Positions 51,360 through 61,077 of a DNA stretch of 64,000 nt are shown in pieces. Source of the stretch: Candidatus Thorarchaeota archaeon. GTDB lineage: Archaea; Asgardarchaeota; Thorarchaeia; Thorarchaeales; Thorarchaeaceae. Under the pieces are notes generated by a model that searched no databases, was not told the origin of the DNA, and saw only the letters and a program-made list of their open reading frames with translations. Numbering within the stretch: the stretch's first letter is position 1; every line of letters begins with the position of its first letter. The translations under genes and the position numbers were made by a program. The stretch spans positions 1-64,000 of the forward strand of contig DXJO01000020.1 of assembly GCA_019057475.1 (NCBI GenBank), in the 5' to 3' direction.

Positions 51360-51986
51360 ATGGCGGAAGGTGAAAGAACCAATTACGTTTACGAGTTCAC
51401 TTACAGCTCTGGACCTGGTTTACGCGAGATCTTTCAATGCAAATACGTCAGACCAGATGAAGCTCTCAACCGATTTCAGAAGATTCTTTCACTTACCCAA
51501 TCGCCCTTTGACTTCAAGATTCTGGTTTCTGACGAGTCGACTGGAGAAGAGTCAAGCTTCCAAGTAAAAGGGAACCCTGAAGAGATGGTTGGAAAGTTTA
51601 AGGTTTTCTTAGAAACCAGTACAGGCTGCACATTTGCCCCAACAGTTGAAGAGTTGGCAGATGTGGATTTCGAAGACATTAGCTATGAATCTATGAGCAA
51701 CTATGAGAAGATGCAGATGATAATCTATGCCTCGTTCAAACATGGAAAATTCTCATCATTGGATGTGGCAGAGATCTATGAATCTACGTTTGAGGAAGAC
51801 CTGCCGAAAAGCACTGCATCAACGTACCTTGCACGTATGTGGAACAACGGCGAGGCCCATCTGGAGAGACATGGCAACAGATCCGGTTATACATACCGTC
51901 TCAAGACAGAGCTGCCAGAAGTTCAAAGTGACATTGAAAGAGCAGAAGAGGTACTAGCAGCGATTCAGATACGAATTGGTAAGTAA
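51360..51986 (+). CDS. Uncharacterised protein with C-terminal winged-helix domain
   Basis: FSSLDVAEIYE...LPKSTASTYLARM...LERHG....YTYRL wHTH pattern. Confidence 0.75.
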   Translation: MAEGERTNYVYEFTYSSGPGLREIFQCKYVRPDEALNRFQKILSLTQSPFDFKILVSDESTGEESSFQVKGNPEEMVGKFKVFLETSTGCTFAPTVEELADVDFEDISYESMSNYEKMQMIIYASFKHGKFSSLDVAEIYESTFEEDLPKSTASTYLARMWNNGEAHLERHGNRSGYTYRLKTELPEVQSDIERAEEVLAAIQIRIGK

Positions 51987-52081
51987 GTTGTTCCTTAGAG
52001 TAACTATACTGCATGGATTGCTCTATTCTTGAGGGGGTAAGCTTGTGTCCTTGTGAGTGACCCCGAGTTAGGGGTGCTGGC

Positions 52082-53398
52082 TTACAATGTTGTAATGCAA
52101 TCTTCAAGCTTGATTCCAAGGCTTTCAAGTTCGCTTAAAATCGGCTCATATATTTCAGACATGATTGGCCTGTGGACTCCAGTTAGGGTGATTCTACCTT
52201 CAAGGATCATTCTGCTTGCCACTGCTACAGGTAGTGCGACAGTTCTTGACATTGAGCTGTCCCCATTTGGAATACCATAATCAATCAGTGTTGATGTTAT
52301 CTTCTCTTTCTTGTCGCTGTACTCTGCTATGAATTCGTGATGCATGACTATCATGTCACGTTCTCCAGGAGCATACTGCAGCTTCTCTTCAAAGAGATGG
52401 CACAATACATCAAGGTGTGTCGTGATATTTGAAGGAATCTCTGTATCATTGAAGAGGCCAAGCCATTCCAAACGGGAAATGATTGGGTCACTCTTCTTGA
52501 GACCGGCCGCTTTTGCAACTGCATCTTGTAAGTTGCCATTCTCAGAATCTGTTAGTTTACGCATCATATCTGCGTATGTCATATTCTCAAAGGACTGTTC
52601 ATCAAGTTCTAATAGGCCCAAGTCTGCAATTTTCTTTAGTGTGTTGCACCATCCTGGGTTTCTGAAAGTTCCACGCAGCATTGTTTTTGTTTCTGATATA
52701 TTGTAGATGTCAATGTAGGATATGCTGTCCCTGTTGGGATATCCTTCAAACTTCCCCATTCCTGGAACTTCCATGATCTCATAATTATCAAAGAGCTCAG
52801 GACCCGGAATCACAACATCCTTGCCGTCGCGTAGGAAGTGAGCATCGTTCCTGCCCGCAAGAAGAACGCCTCTTGGACTCCAAGAGAGTTTGTATCCAAA
52901 TGGATTGTTATTGGCATCAGGAGCAGGAAGTCCTCCAGTGAAAGATGTGAAACTTATGACCTTGCCGCCTTTGTTGTGAATGTCATTGATTATCTTCATG
53001 GCGCTCATGTGATCGATTCCAGGATCAACTCCACACTCGTTCAGTACCAAGATTCCTGCTTTTTTTGCTTTATCATCCAGGGCTTGCATTTCATCGGATA
53101 TGTATGAAGTTGTGCAGAATGGCTTGCAATATTTGATTGCTAGCTTTGCAGCTTTCACATGGTAGGTGTAAGGTAGCAGCGAACAAGTCAAATCAGCTTC
53201 GGCAACTAGCTTGTCAAGTAGTTCATCATCAGTCTTGATATTCAGGGTGATAGCTTCTGCGCTCTTACATCCTTTAATCAATCGCTCGGCCTTGCTTTTT
53301 GTCCGACTGGCTACTATAACATGAAATCCATGATTGCACATGTATTGAATGTACGGGCGGGCTACGAGACCCGCACCAAGACAGAGTACTTTCTGCAT
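52082..53398 (-). CDS. Saccharopine dehydrogenase (L-glutamate forming, Lys9/AASS-SDH type)
   Basis: LGAGLVARP, SLLPYTYH, NECGVDPGIDHM, NNPFGYKLSWSPRG, SSMSRTV. Confidence 0.93.
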   Translation of the reverse strand: MQKVLCLGAGLVARPYIQYMCNHGFHVIVASRTKSKAERLIKGCKSAEAITLNIKTDDELLDKLVAEADLTCSLLPYTYHVKAAKLAIKYCKPFCTTSYISDEMQALDDKAKKAGILVLNECGVDPGIDHMSAMKIINDIHNKGGKVISFTSFTGGLPAPDANNNPFGYKLSWSPRGVLLAGRNDAHFLRDGKDVVIPGPELFDNYEIMEVPGMGKFEGYPNRDSISYIDIYNISETKTMLRGTFRNPGWCNTLKKIADLGLLELDEQSFENMTYADMMRKLTDSENGNLQDAVAKAAGLKKSDPIISRLEWLGLFNDTEIPSNITTHLDVLCHLFEEKLQYAPGERDMIVMHHEFIAEYSDKKEKITSTLIDYGIPNGDSSMSRTVALPVAVASRMILEGRITLTGVHRPIMSEIYEPILSELESLGIKLEDCITTL

Positions 53399-53415
53399 TT
53401 TTAATTCTCCTTGGT

Positions 53416-54714
53416 TTATAGGTATTGTTTGAGATAGTCGTAATTCTTAGTCAGCTCTCCGTTGTATACAATTGTTGCATCCTTGAGTTCTCTGGGGAGC
53501 TTGAGCTGACCAAAAGGAACTGTGAAATCTGCCTTTGCTAGAGCAGGTATGAAATCTAGCAGAGTTTCGCTGAATGAAGTAGATGATTCGCGTGGAAGCT
53601 CTGTGGGGAGATTGTCTACTGCCATGACAACTGGTCCATTGCCTTCCACACCTAAAACCGCACGGTCTTCGTCCACAAGGTAGGTGAATGCGGGCTCACC
53701 AGCATCAGTACATTGAAGAGTAAATTCCATTGCGCCGTTGACATCACATGAGATATCTCCGACAATTCGTAGGCGGCGATTAGGATCACTCCAGTGCTTT
53801 CGGATAAAGTCCTTTGTCACAAGACGTGGGGACTTCTTCGTCCAGTAGATGCAGTTCATTAGTACCGTTAGATGAGGAATGTAAGATTCGAATTTGCCCT
53901 TGTATTTCGTAGCACCATGCTCGTAGTAGTCCATGAGTTCGAATTCTGCTGAAGAGTCTAGCGGCTCCACCATATGCTCTTCCTTGAAGACACATTTGTA
54001 GAGCAGGTTCCGCTTTGCTGTAACATTTGCCAAGCCTTTGGGTTCTATTGTTTCATGCGGGAGCATGTCAAATATCTCCTGTGCACCTCGTGATACATTC
54101 CCATATCCTGCGAATCCGACGATGAAAGGTGTCAAGGAGTCAGGCAGACCCTGTTCTTTGATGCGTTTGCCCAGTGTTTGGATTCCTTTCTTGAGTTCAT
54201 CAAGATCCTTGTATTGTGCGGTATGTTTCATACCAAAGAATGGATTCGGTTTAATACCCTCAACCTCGAGCCGTAGGCCCAGAATACGAAATGTTTCGGA
54301 CATACCTGCAAGGCCGGCCCAGTTGCCAAAGAAGATCAATCTGAACCCTTTCTCATTCACAATGCGTTCGTAGTCAATGAGAGTTGCGCCTACGTTCATG
54401 ATTTGCTTCAACATTGGCATGTTGTACTTCTGGCCCTTGATTGTATGGCTGAAGAAGATGTACACCTTTCCTTTTTCGTAGAAGTCGTTGGGCATCTCTT
54501 TCACTCCCAGAATCACAGGGATTTCTGTTCCCTTCAGGGGTTTGATCTGTGCGCCAACTTTTTCGAATTCGTCTGGTCCAAAAGCTCGTTGATTACTCGG
54601 TTCAACAACGAACTGAATCCCATGTTTGGTGCTCAAGAGCTTGATATGCTCAGGAACAACAGGGACTCTAGTTTCGAACATCTTCTCTTCTTTTCTCAGG
54701 CCAATGATGTTCAC
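53416..54714 (-). CDS. Lysine-ketoglutarate reductase (AASS-LKR type)
   Basis: LGVKE, FFSHTIKGQ.YNM, LIDYE, GYGNVSRGAQE, NCIYW, DISCD, AVDNLPTELP; GTG start after GGAGG. Confidence 0.9.
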   Translation of the reverse strand: MNIIGLRKEEKMFETRVPVVPEHIKLLSTKHGIQFVVEPSNQRAFGPDEFEKVGAQIKPLKGTEIPVILGVKEMPNDFYEKGKVYIFFSHTIKGQKYNMPMLKQIMNVGATLIDYERIVNEKGFRLIFFGNWAGLAGMSETFRILGLRLEVEGIKPNPFFGMKHTAQYKDLDELKKGIQTLGKRIKEQGLPDSLTPFIVGFAGYGNVSRGAQEIFDMLPHETIEPKGLANVTAKRNLLYKCVFKEEHMVEPLDSSAEFELMDYYEHGATKYKGKFESYIPHLTVLMNCIYWTKKSPRLVTKDFIRKHWSDPNRRLRIVGDISCDVNGAMEFTLQCTDAGEPAFTYLVDEDRAVLGVEGNGPVVMAVDNLPTELPRESSTSFSETLLDFIPALAKADFTVPFGQLKLPRELKDATIVYNGELTKNYDYLKQYL

Positions 54715-54844
54715 GACATTTCCTCCTTGAAAGATGGGAATGCGACCCAAGGACTGGGGCGGCTGTTGAGCAAGGCATTTCCGCTTTAAGCCTTCCCTCT
54801 TGTACCTGTAATACTTGGACTAATGAATCAGAACATGTGTTCTA

Positions 54845-55150
54845 ATGTTGGCTGAGAAAATGTCAAACTTTGTCTATCTCTATGACTGCCGAAATGCGCG
54901 TCAGAGGAATGCCAGAAGAGTTTCTTTCACCAAGGAGCTTTACGGATTCTTGTATTCCTGGAAAACAAAGACAGGGGTCAAACAAAGGCGAAAACCAGGG
55001 TTACTTGACGAGTGTGTAGGTGCAGAAGCTGTTGCTGATTCTGCAATCTTTGTACCGGGGGAATATCGAGGTGAATTTGATTCTCTCTTTCAATCATATC
55101 AAGACATTCTGACAATCCGAATCTTCGAAATACTTGAAGAAGTGATATAG
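54845..55150 (+). CDS. Small hypothetical protein, possible Cas2/VapD-like ferredoxin fold
   Basis: FVYLYD...RRVSF.K.LYG...GLL....ADSAIFVP...F; 101 aa. Confidence 0.55.
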   Translation: MLAEKMSNFVYLYDCRNARQRNARRVSFTKELYGFLYSWKTKTGVKQRRKPGLLDECVGAEAVADSAIFVPGEYRGEFDSLFQSYQDILTIRIFEILEEVI

Positions 55151-55244
55151 GATTGCTTTGAATTTCGTATCTATCGTATTACAATAATTAGAACATGTGT
55201 TCCAAGTTGCATTTCAAGTTCGTTTGGATCAGTGCAACTCTCTA

Positions 55245-55408
55245 ACCCCTCCATTTCCAGTGGAAAATAAGAGGAGTGTCGATAAGAATAGATGTAGAAA
55301 AGTATTTATAGCTGTTTCAGAACCCGATGATCATCTCCATTTTATTATATTATATATATAACCACCCAGCGTATCTCACATTTTATTCTCCAGTGGAAAT
55401 GAAGGGGT
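55245..55408. promoter_or_regulatory. ORB cluster B with AT-rich unwinding element (probable oriC)
   Basis: Minus-strand TTCCACTGGAAATGGAGGGGT (55245-55265) and plus-strand CTCCAGTGGAAATGAAGGGGT (55388-55408) flank a 23-nt pure A/T run (55339-55361). Confidence 0.8.
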
Positions 55409-55624
55409 GTTATGTCATATTAGCCGAATACATGGATAGCTATTTGTGTAATACGTGATCCAAATGCTTGGAACACGTGTTCCATAAAATTCACCGACTG
55501 TATTTCCATATTTGCGATTTTGTTTGGTGTTTTGGGCCCATAAAGATCAATACCGCAAGACTGATACCAACGATTCTTTCTTCGCCCGACAGCATTCATG
55601 CGAATGCGAGAAGGAGGCAAATCA

Positions 55625-57517
55625 GTGACCAAACCGAAACAGCTCCTAGAAGACAACGTCGGCAAAGAAATGCTCTTGCTTGCCAACGAATCGATAGCGC
55701 GTGGAGTGCTTGAGGCGGGAGTACGTCTGGTAGCTTTGTACCCTGGTACTCCAAGCAGCGAGATAGGAAATAATCTCACTTTCATGGCACCACACATCCC
55801 CGATTTCTATTTCGAATTCAGCACCAACGAAAAGGTTGCAATGGAAGTCGCTGGAGCTGCTGCCGTAGCTGGCGTTCGATCCATGATGGTATGTAAAGGA
55901 CCCGGTCTCAATGTAGCTGCCGATCCGTTCTTCTCACTAGCTTATGTTGGAGTTCGAGGTGGGATGGTCATAGTTGTTGCTGACGATCCAAGCATGTGGA
56001 GCTCCCAAAACGAGAACGATTCTCGCTACTATGCACTCATGGGTAATATGCCTCTAATAGAACCGTCCGATCCCTCTGAAGCGAAGTCAATGTTGCTCCA
56101 AGCCTACGAAATCTCAGAAAAGCTCGAACTACCTATTCTCTTTCGTACAACCACCCGAATCAATCATACTAGATCACCAATCACATTCGGCCCGATTCGA
56201 GATAGACCAAAAAAAGTCGAATTTGTCAAAGAGCCATTCAGATTCGTGCCAATACCTTCAGTAGCTCGAATTCGCCATTCTTGGCTTTTGAAACAGATTG
56301 AACTTGCAATGGAAATCTCAGAATCAACGAAGCTTAACTTCACAACCGGCAGCGGAAATCTGGGAATATTAACTAGCGGAGTTTCATACAATTACGTGGT
56401 TGAGGCTCTATCGGCTTTGGATATCAATGCCGAAACTTTGAAGCTTGGAATGACACATCCTGTTCCTGAGAAGATGATATCAGAGTTTCTTAAGCGTCAT
56501 AAACAAGTGGTGATAGTCGAGGAACTCGATCCATTCTTGGAAACACATGCTAGAAGGATTGCACAGCTCAATGGAATCAAAACAAACATTCTCGGCAAAG
56601 AACAGGGTTTCTTCCCTCGAACGCTCGAATACAGTCCGCGAATTGTGATTGAAGCCCTCTCGAAGATTCTGAATCGTAATACGAGTATTAACTGGAAGAC
56701 AATCGATCAGAAAGCTGGCGAAATCTCCGAATTGCCTCCACGGCCTCCGCTTCTTTGTGCTGGATGTCCTCACAGGGCTACGTACTATGCAATTCGAGTA
56801 GCTACGCGCGGAAAAGCAATCTACCCATCGGACATCGGATGCTATACGCTTAGCATTGCACCACCATTAGAAACTGCTGACATTCTATTTGACATGGGTT
56901 CTTCAATTACAACAGCCTGTGGTCTTGCTGAAGTCACAGACCAGGACGTTGTTGCTACAATAGGTGACAGTACTTTCTTCGCAGCTGGATTGCCTGGGAT
57001 TGCCAATGCTGTCTATAATCAGCATAGAATTAGCTTAGTCGTACTTGACAACCACACAACTGCAATGACCGGACACCAGCCTCATCCTGGAACTGGTGTC
57101 ACAGGAATGCAGGAAAAGGTACCACCACTCAACATTGCAAAGGTCTGCAAGGGACTTGGAGTAGAATATGTGAAGACAATCGATCCATTCGCCTCCTTAG
57201 CAGATCTTGTTGCTGCAGTTCGGGAGATGACCACGTGGACAAGAGAAAATCACAAACCAGCAGTACTAGTTTCAATTGCTCCTTGTGCACTCCTTGAAGC
57301 TGCTGAGCGCCGTAAGACAGGCGAGTTCCCCCCACCTTACTACGTCGATTCCGAACTCTGTAACTCATGCAAGCGCTGTTTGAATCGCTTGTCATGTCCA
57401 GCTATGTATCTCGATACGGAAACCGGACAGGCAGTGATTGACCAGACTATGTGTAATTATTGCGGAACATGCGTTGCCGTATGTCCACAAGGCGCAATCA
57501 AACAGGAGGATGCCTAA
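55625..57517 (+). CDS. iorA: Indolepyruvate:ferredoxin oxidoreductase alpha subunit
   Basis: YPGTPSSEI, NEKVA, GLNVAAD, CAGCPHR, DIGCY, IGDSTF, C-terminal ferredoxin domain; GTG after GGAGG. Confidence 0.94.
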   Translation: MTKPKQLLEDNVGKEMLLLANESIARGVLEAGVRLVALYPGTPSSEIGNNLTFMAPHIPDFYFEFSTNEKVAMEVAGAAAVAGVRSMMVCKGPGLNVAADPFFSLAYVGVRGGMVIVVADDPSMWSSQNENDSRYYALMGNMPLIEPSDPSEAKSMLLQAYEISEKLELPILFRTTTRINHTRSPITFGPIRDRPKKVEFVKEPFRFVPIPSVARIRHSWLLKQIELAMEISESTKLNFTTGSGNLGILTSGVSYNYVVEALSALDINAETLKLGMTHPVPEKMISEFLKRHKQVVIVEELDPFLETHARRIAQLNGIKTNILGKEQGFFPRTLEYSPRIVIEALSKILNRNTSINWKTIDQKAGEISELPPRPPLLCAGCPHRATYYAIRVATRGKAIYPSDIGCYTLSIAPPLETADILFDMGSSITTACGLAEVTDQDVVATIGDSTFFAAGLPGIANAVYNQHRISLVVLDNHTTAMTGHQPHPGTGVTGMQEKVPPLNIAKVCKGLGVEYVKTIDPFASLADLVAAVREMTTWTRENHKPAVLVSIAPCALLEAAERRKTGEFPPPYYVDSELCNSCKRCLNRLSCPAMYLDTETGQAVIDQTMCNYCGTCVAVCPQGAIKQEDA

Positions 57518-57518
57518 A

Positions 57519-58127
57519 ATGAAGAGTGATACAGTAAGCATTGTTATCTCAGGGGTCGGTGGCCAAGGTGTCCTTACATTAGCAGAGATATTAGCAAAAG
57601 CTGCTCTGTCTGATTCGCACAATGTCCGCGTGGGTGAGATACACGGAATGGCCCAAAGAGGAGGTCATGTGGTATGCACTGTTCGCATTGGTGCTGGCGC
57701 ACGAGGTCCAATAGTAGACCCGGGGACAGCTAATCTTCTTGTTGGTTTTGAACCAGTTGAAACACTACGCGAGGCTCACATGATTCGAGAAGATGGATGC
57801 GTTTTGCTGAGCTCACACATACAATATCCTGTAGCGGTTTCCATGGGCAAAGCAGCATACCCTAACAACAAAGAAATCATTAGCGGCATTCGCAAATTCT
57901 CTGATCGCATCCTTGAATTCGACGCAATGGCAATGGCAAAGAAAGCAGGGAGTTCAAGAGTACTCAACATGATAATGCTTGGTGCTATCATTGGAACAGG
58001 ATTGACTCCGATAACCGAAGAAGCAGCAATAGATGCAGTTCGTAGCACTTTCTCAAAGAAGTTTGAGTCGATCAATATCAAAGCAGTCAAGATGGGTCGC
58101 AAAAAGGTCGAGGAGCTTAATCGTTAG
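57519..58127 (+). CDS. iorB: Indolepyruvate:ferredoxin oxidoreductase beta subunit
   Basis: GVGGQG, EIHGMAQRGG, NMIMLGA. Confidence 0.93.
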   Translation: MKSDTVSIVISGVGGQGVLTLAEILAKAALSDSHNVRVGEIHGMAQRGGHVVCTVRIGAGARGPIVDPGTANLLVGFEPVETLREAHMIREDGCVLLSSHIQYPVAVSMGKAAYPNNKEIISGIRKFSDRILEFDAMAMAKKAGSSRVLNMIMLGAIIGTGLTPITEEAAIDAVRSTFSKKFESINIKAVKMGRKKVEELNR

Positions 58128-58130
58128 CAT

Positions 58131-60503
58131 TTATCTTGCAAGCTTTGCAGCTGCAACTACGGCTTGACCTGATGAAATTCCCCCGTCACCAGGTGGAATG
58201 TGCCTATGGATCAATGGGGTGAGACGCTCATTGGTGATACGGTTGATGATTGCCTTGGTTATAATTCGATTCAATGCAACACCTCCAGAGAACCCTACAT
58301 AGTCTAGCCCCTCACTGTGTGCTGCATCACAAGCCATCTTGGCAAATGATTCACCTAGGTACCATTGAGCTGCATAGGCGAGTTCAACAGACTTAGCTCC
58401 ATCTTTCTTGAGCTCGAGTAGCTGCATTAATGACTCGGCGATATCCAAGAATGTACCACGATTGTTTGTATTGAATCTGGGTTCAAGTCGTATCTTCGTT
58501 TTATGAGCAACCGATTCAAGTCTCATGGGGCATTCACCATCATAGGTATTCTCCGAGCAAATCCCCAGTGCTATTGCCACTGCATCAAGATATCGTCCGG
58601 CACTGCTGCTTTGAATAACATTCACCTTTCGTTTGGTCGCTTCAATGAGCAATGACAGTGACTTTTCCGTAGTACTTATGCCGGGGGCAATCAAGCTTCC
58701 TTCAACAATATCCAACATCTCACATAAGCTCAGTTCCTTTCGAAGCAGTCCAACGAACGGTCTCACTGCATGCTTTGCAGAGAGATCTCCGCCGGCATAC
58801 GCAGTCTGTTCCAACCCCCCGATTCTTGCATACTCTTCGAAGCTTCCTACAAGGATTTCACCACCCCACGCACTACCATCATTTCCATAGCCAAATCCAT
58901 CTGCTGTAATACAAGTGATACGCGTATTGGATGACAGTTGATGGTCAACCATGAGGGATGCTAAGTGAGCATGATGATGCTGTACCCTAAAGAGTGGAAT
59001 GCCCTTATCCGATGATAGCGCTTCTGCGAACTCAGTAGTCAGGAATTCAGGATGGAGGTCACAAGCGACAGCATCGATCTTATCGACAGCCAATAGACGA
59101 ACCATGTGATTCAAGGCGTCAGACAGGAACTCGATGTTCTCAAGTCGGTCTGTGTCACCGATGTGCTGGGTGACGTAAATACGTCTAGACTTCAACACTG
59201 CACCAGTCGTCTTTTCTTCTGGACCTACTGCAACTATTGTTGACGAACCATAGGGTCCTTCCAGCCTCATCGGATCAGGTACGTAACCCCTTGCTCGTCG
59301 TAAGAAGACAGCATGATCACTACTGACGGGCTTGATGACCGAATCATCTGCTCTTTGGTATATCCTCCTATTGTGAATAAGAAAATAATCTGCAACACCC
59401 TCTAGCTTAGACATAATGTTGTCAGGATGAATGTACATTGGAAGTCCCGTAGGATTCGCACTTGTCATGACTAGTGCTGGCTCCTCTGAGAAATGAAACA
59501 ATAGATGATGAAGAGGAGAGTACGGGAGCATCACTCCCACAGTATCAAGACCTGGTGATATCAGCTCCAAAGAGTCGTCAGGTATCGCACCTCCCCCCTC
59601 AGACTCCTGGTTCCTGTCATCAATCCGGTCTCGCTTCTTCACAAGTACAATTGGCCTTCTCCATGAAGTGAGTAGTTCCTCCTCCATTGGCGTTGGTCTT
59701 GAGAATGCTCTAATAGCATCGAGGTTTCTTGCCATGATGGCAAAGGGCCGGTACGCTCTCTGTTTCCGAGTTCTAAGGTTTCGTATAGGAATAGCGTCGG
59801 TCACTTTCGTGACCAAATGAGTTCCCCCTATTCCTTGAACTGCAATGATAGATCCCTGTGACAACAGATCTGCAGCACCAGCAATCGAATCGGCATCCAC
59901 AGCTGGTCGATTATGTGCATCTACGAGTCGATAGATCGGCCCACAATCTTCACAAGCAGTAGTTTGAGCATGATACCGGCGGTCAAGAGGGTTTGTATAA
60001 CCTGTATTACAAGTATCACATAGGGGAAAATCAACCATTGTAGTATTGGGTCTATCATAGGGAAGATCAGTAATTGTTGAGAACCTTGGACCGCAAGCAG
60101 CACAGGAAGTAAAAGGATACAGATACCACCTTGAATTGGGATTGGTCATGTCAGTGATGCAGGCCGAGCAGATTGCAATATCGGGGGGTATGTCGGGGGT
60201 CAATTCAGCATTCCTGAATGTAGAGGACTTTTTGATGATGAAATCCTTGAAGGATTTCCTTAATTCTTCCCATTCGATGTCAAGCTTGTCCACCCGTGAT
60301 ATGGATGGAGGATCCTGCTCAATCTTATGTATCAGTTCCTTAATACTCTTTAAATTGCCCTCAACAACAATGCGGACACCGGCATCGCCAAGATTCAAGA
60401 CATATCCTTCTAGGGAGAGGGACTTTGCAACACGATACACAAACGGCCGAAAGCCTACTCCCTGCACGATTCCAGTGACATGGATGCTGGCTCTGCGTTT
60501 CAT
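58131..60503 (-). CDS. hypF: [NiFe]-hydrogenase maturation carbamoyltransferase HypF
   Basis: GIVQGVGFRPF, Zn fingers (CGPRF, RRYHAQ..AC..CGP), QHHHAH, WGGE, PPGDGGIS.GQ. Confidence 0.96.
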   Translation of the reverse strand: MKRRASIHVTGIVQGVGFRPFVYRVAKSLSLEGYVLNLGDAGVRIVVEGNLKSIKELIHKIEQDPPSISRVDKLDIEWEELRKSFKDFIIKKSSTFRNAELTPDIPPDIAICSACITDMTNPNSRWYLYPFTSCAACGPRFSTITDLPYDRPNTTMVDFPLCDTCNTGYTNPLDRRYHAQTTACEDCGPIYRLVDAHNRPAVDADSIAGAADLLSQGSIIAVQGIGGTHLVTKVTDAIPIRNLRTRKQRAYRPFAIMARNLDAIRAFSRPTPMEEELLTSWRRPIVLVKKRDRIDDRNQESEGGGAIPDDSLELISPGLDTVGVMLPYSPLHHLLFHFSEEPALVMTSANPTGLPMYIHPDNIMSKLEGVADYFLIHNRRIYQRADDSVIKPVSSDHAVFLRRARGYVPDPMRLEGPYGSSTIVAVGPEEKTTGAVLKSRRIYVTQHIGDTDRLENIEFLSDALNHMVRLLAVDKIDAVACDLHPEFLTTEFAEALSSDKGIPLFRVQHHHAHLASLMVDHQLSSNTRITCITADGFGYGNDGSAWGGEILVGSFEEYARIGGLEQTAYAGGDLSAKHAVRPFVGLLRKELSLCEMLDIVEGSLIAPGISTTEKSLSLLIEATKRKVNVIQSSSAGRYLDAVAIALGICSENTYDGECPMRLESVAHKTKIRLEPRFNTNNRGTFLDIAESLMQLLELKKDGAKSVELAYAAQWYLGESFAKMACDAAHSEGLDYVGFSGGVALNRIITKAIINRITNERLTPLIHRHIPPGDGGISSGQAVVAAAKLAR

Positions 60504-60618
60504 CTAGTAACGGCCTCTCAAAAGCCTTGCTTAGTCATGATATTAATCCAGTGAAGCAACGACAAATTACATGTGACCTTGTAGGACCTCTTAAGGAAAT
60601 GCCAGAACACATGTATGA

Positions 60619-61065
60619 TTGACCTTGCATATTTTCAGTAAGAACACCGAGTCCATCGTTCATGAACCGATAACTACGCCTTCCATTCTTGCCACTGTGC
60701 CGGAGTGCTTAAGGAACACTCTGAAAAAGTCCATCAGCAAGACACAGAAGCGGAGGAAGTCGGTTTTAATCTCAAGTAACAGTCTTGCAAATCGATTCAT
60801 TCTTTCCAGGTGGGGAATCCACCCCTCACAACGCAGACACTATCGAAATCTATTCGCAGCAGTAAGGAAGCACTGTAGAGCTGTCTTCAGGCACACTCTT
60901 GCCCAAGGCCGCTTGGAATGGGAATCTGCATCCGAAAGATATGTGTTTGGAGTTTACAAGTTCGACGAGATACGAGGAAATTTAATACTTGGTTTTGTGA
61001 TAGTATCTCCGAACTCAGAATGGTTTCTTAAGCCGAGATCATCCACTTGGCGCCCTAAAACCTAG
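60619..61065 (+). CDS. Hypothetical basic protein
   Basis: 148 aa ORF divergent from hypF, K/R-rich; no recognised family. Confidence 0.6.
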   Translation: MTLHIFSKNTESIVHEPITTPSILATVPECLRNTLKKSISKTQKRRKSVLISSNSLANRFILSRWGIHPSQRRHYRNLFAAVRKHCRAVFRHTLAQGRLEWESASERYVFGVYKFDEIRGNLILGFVIVSPNSEWFLKPRSSTWRPKT

Positions 61066-61077
61066 TGGGTTGCAAAC

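Larger units (their letters stand above)
54829..55484. repeat. Three copies of palindrome GAACAYGTGTTC (54831, 55191, 55471); fourth at 20092
   Basis: Direct reading; extended consensus TRGAACAYGTGTTCCAAG in three of the four copies. Confidence 0.8.

Noticed and set aside
54829-55484. CRISPR array next to the Cas2-like gene
   Set aside because: Repeats are only 12-18 bp, spaced 360 and 280 bp apart, and one interval contains a gene
50923-55797. Short ORFs 50923-51159, 55420-55797 and 55468-55713
   Set aside because: They overlap ORB or palindrome elements or iorA and have no protein-like features
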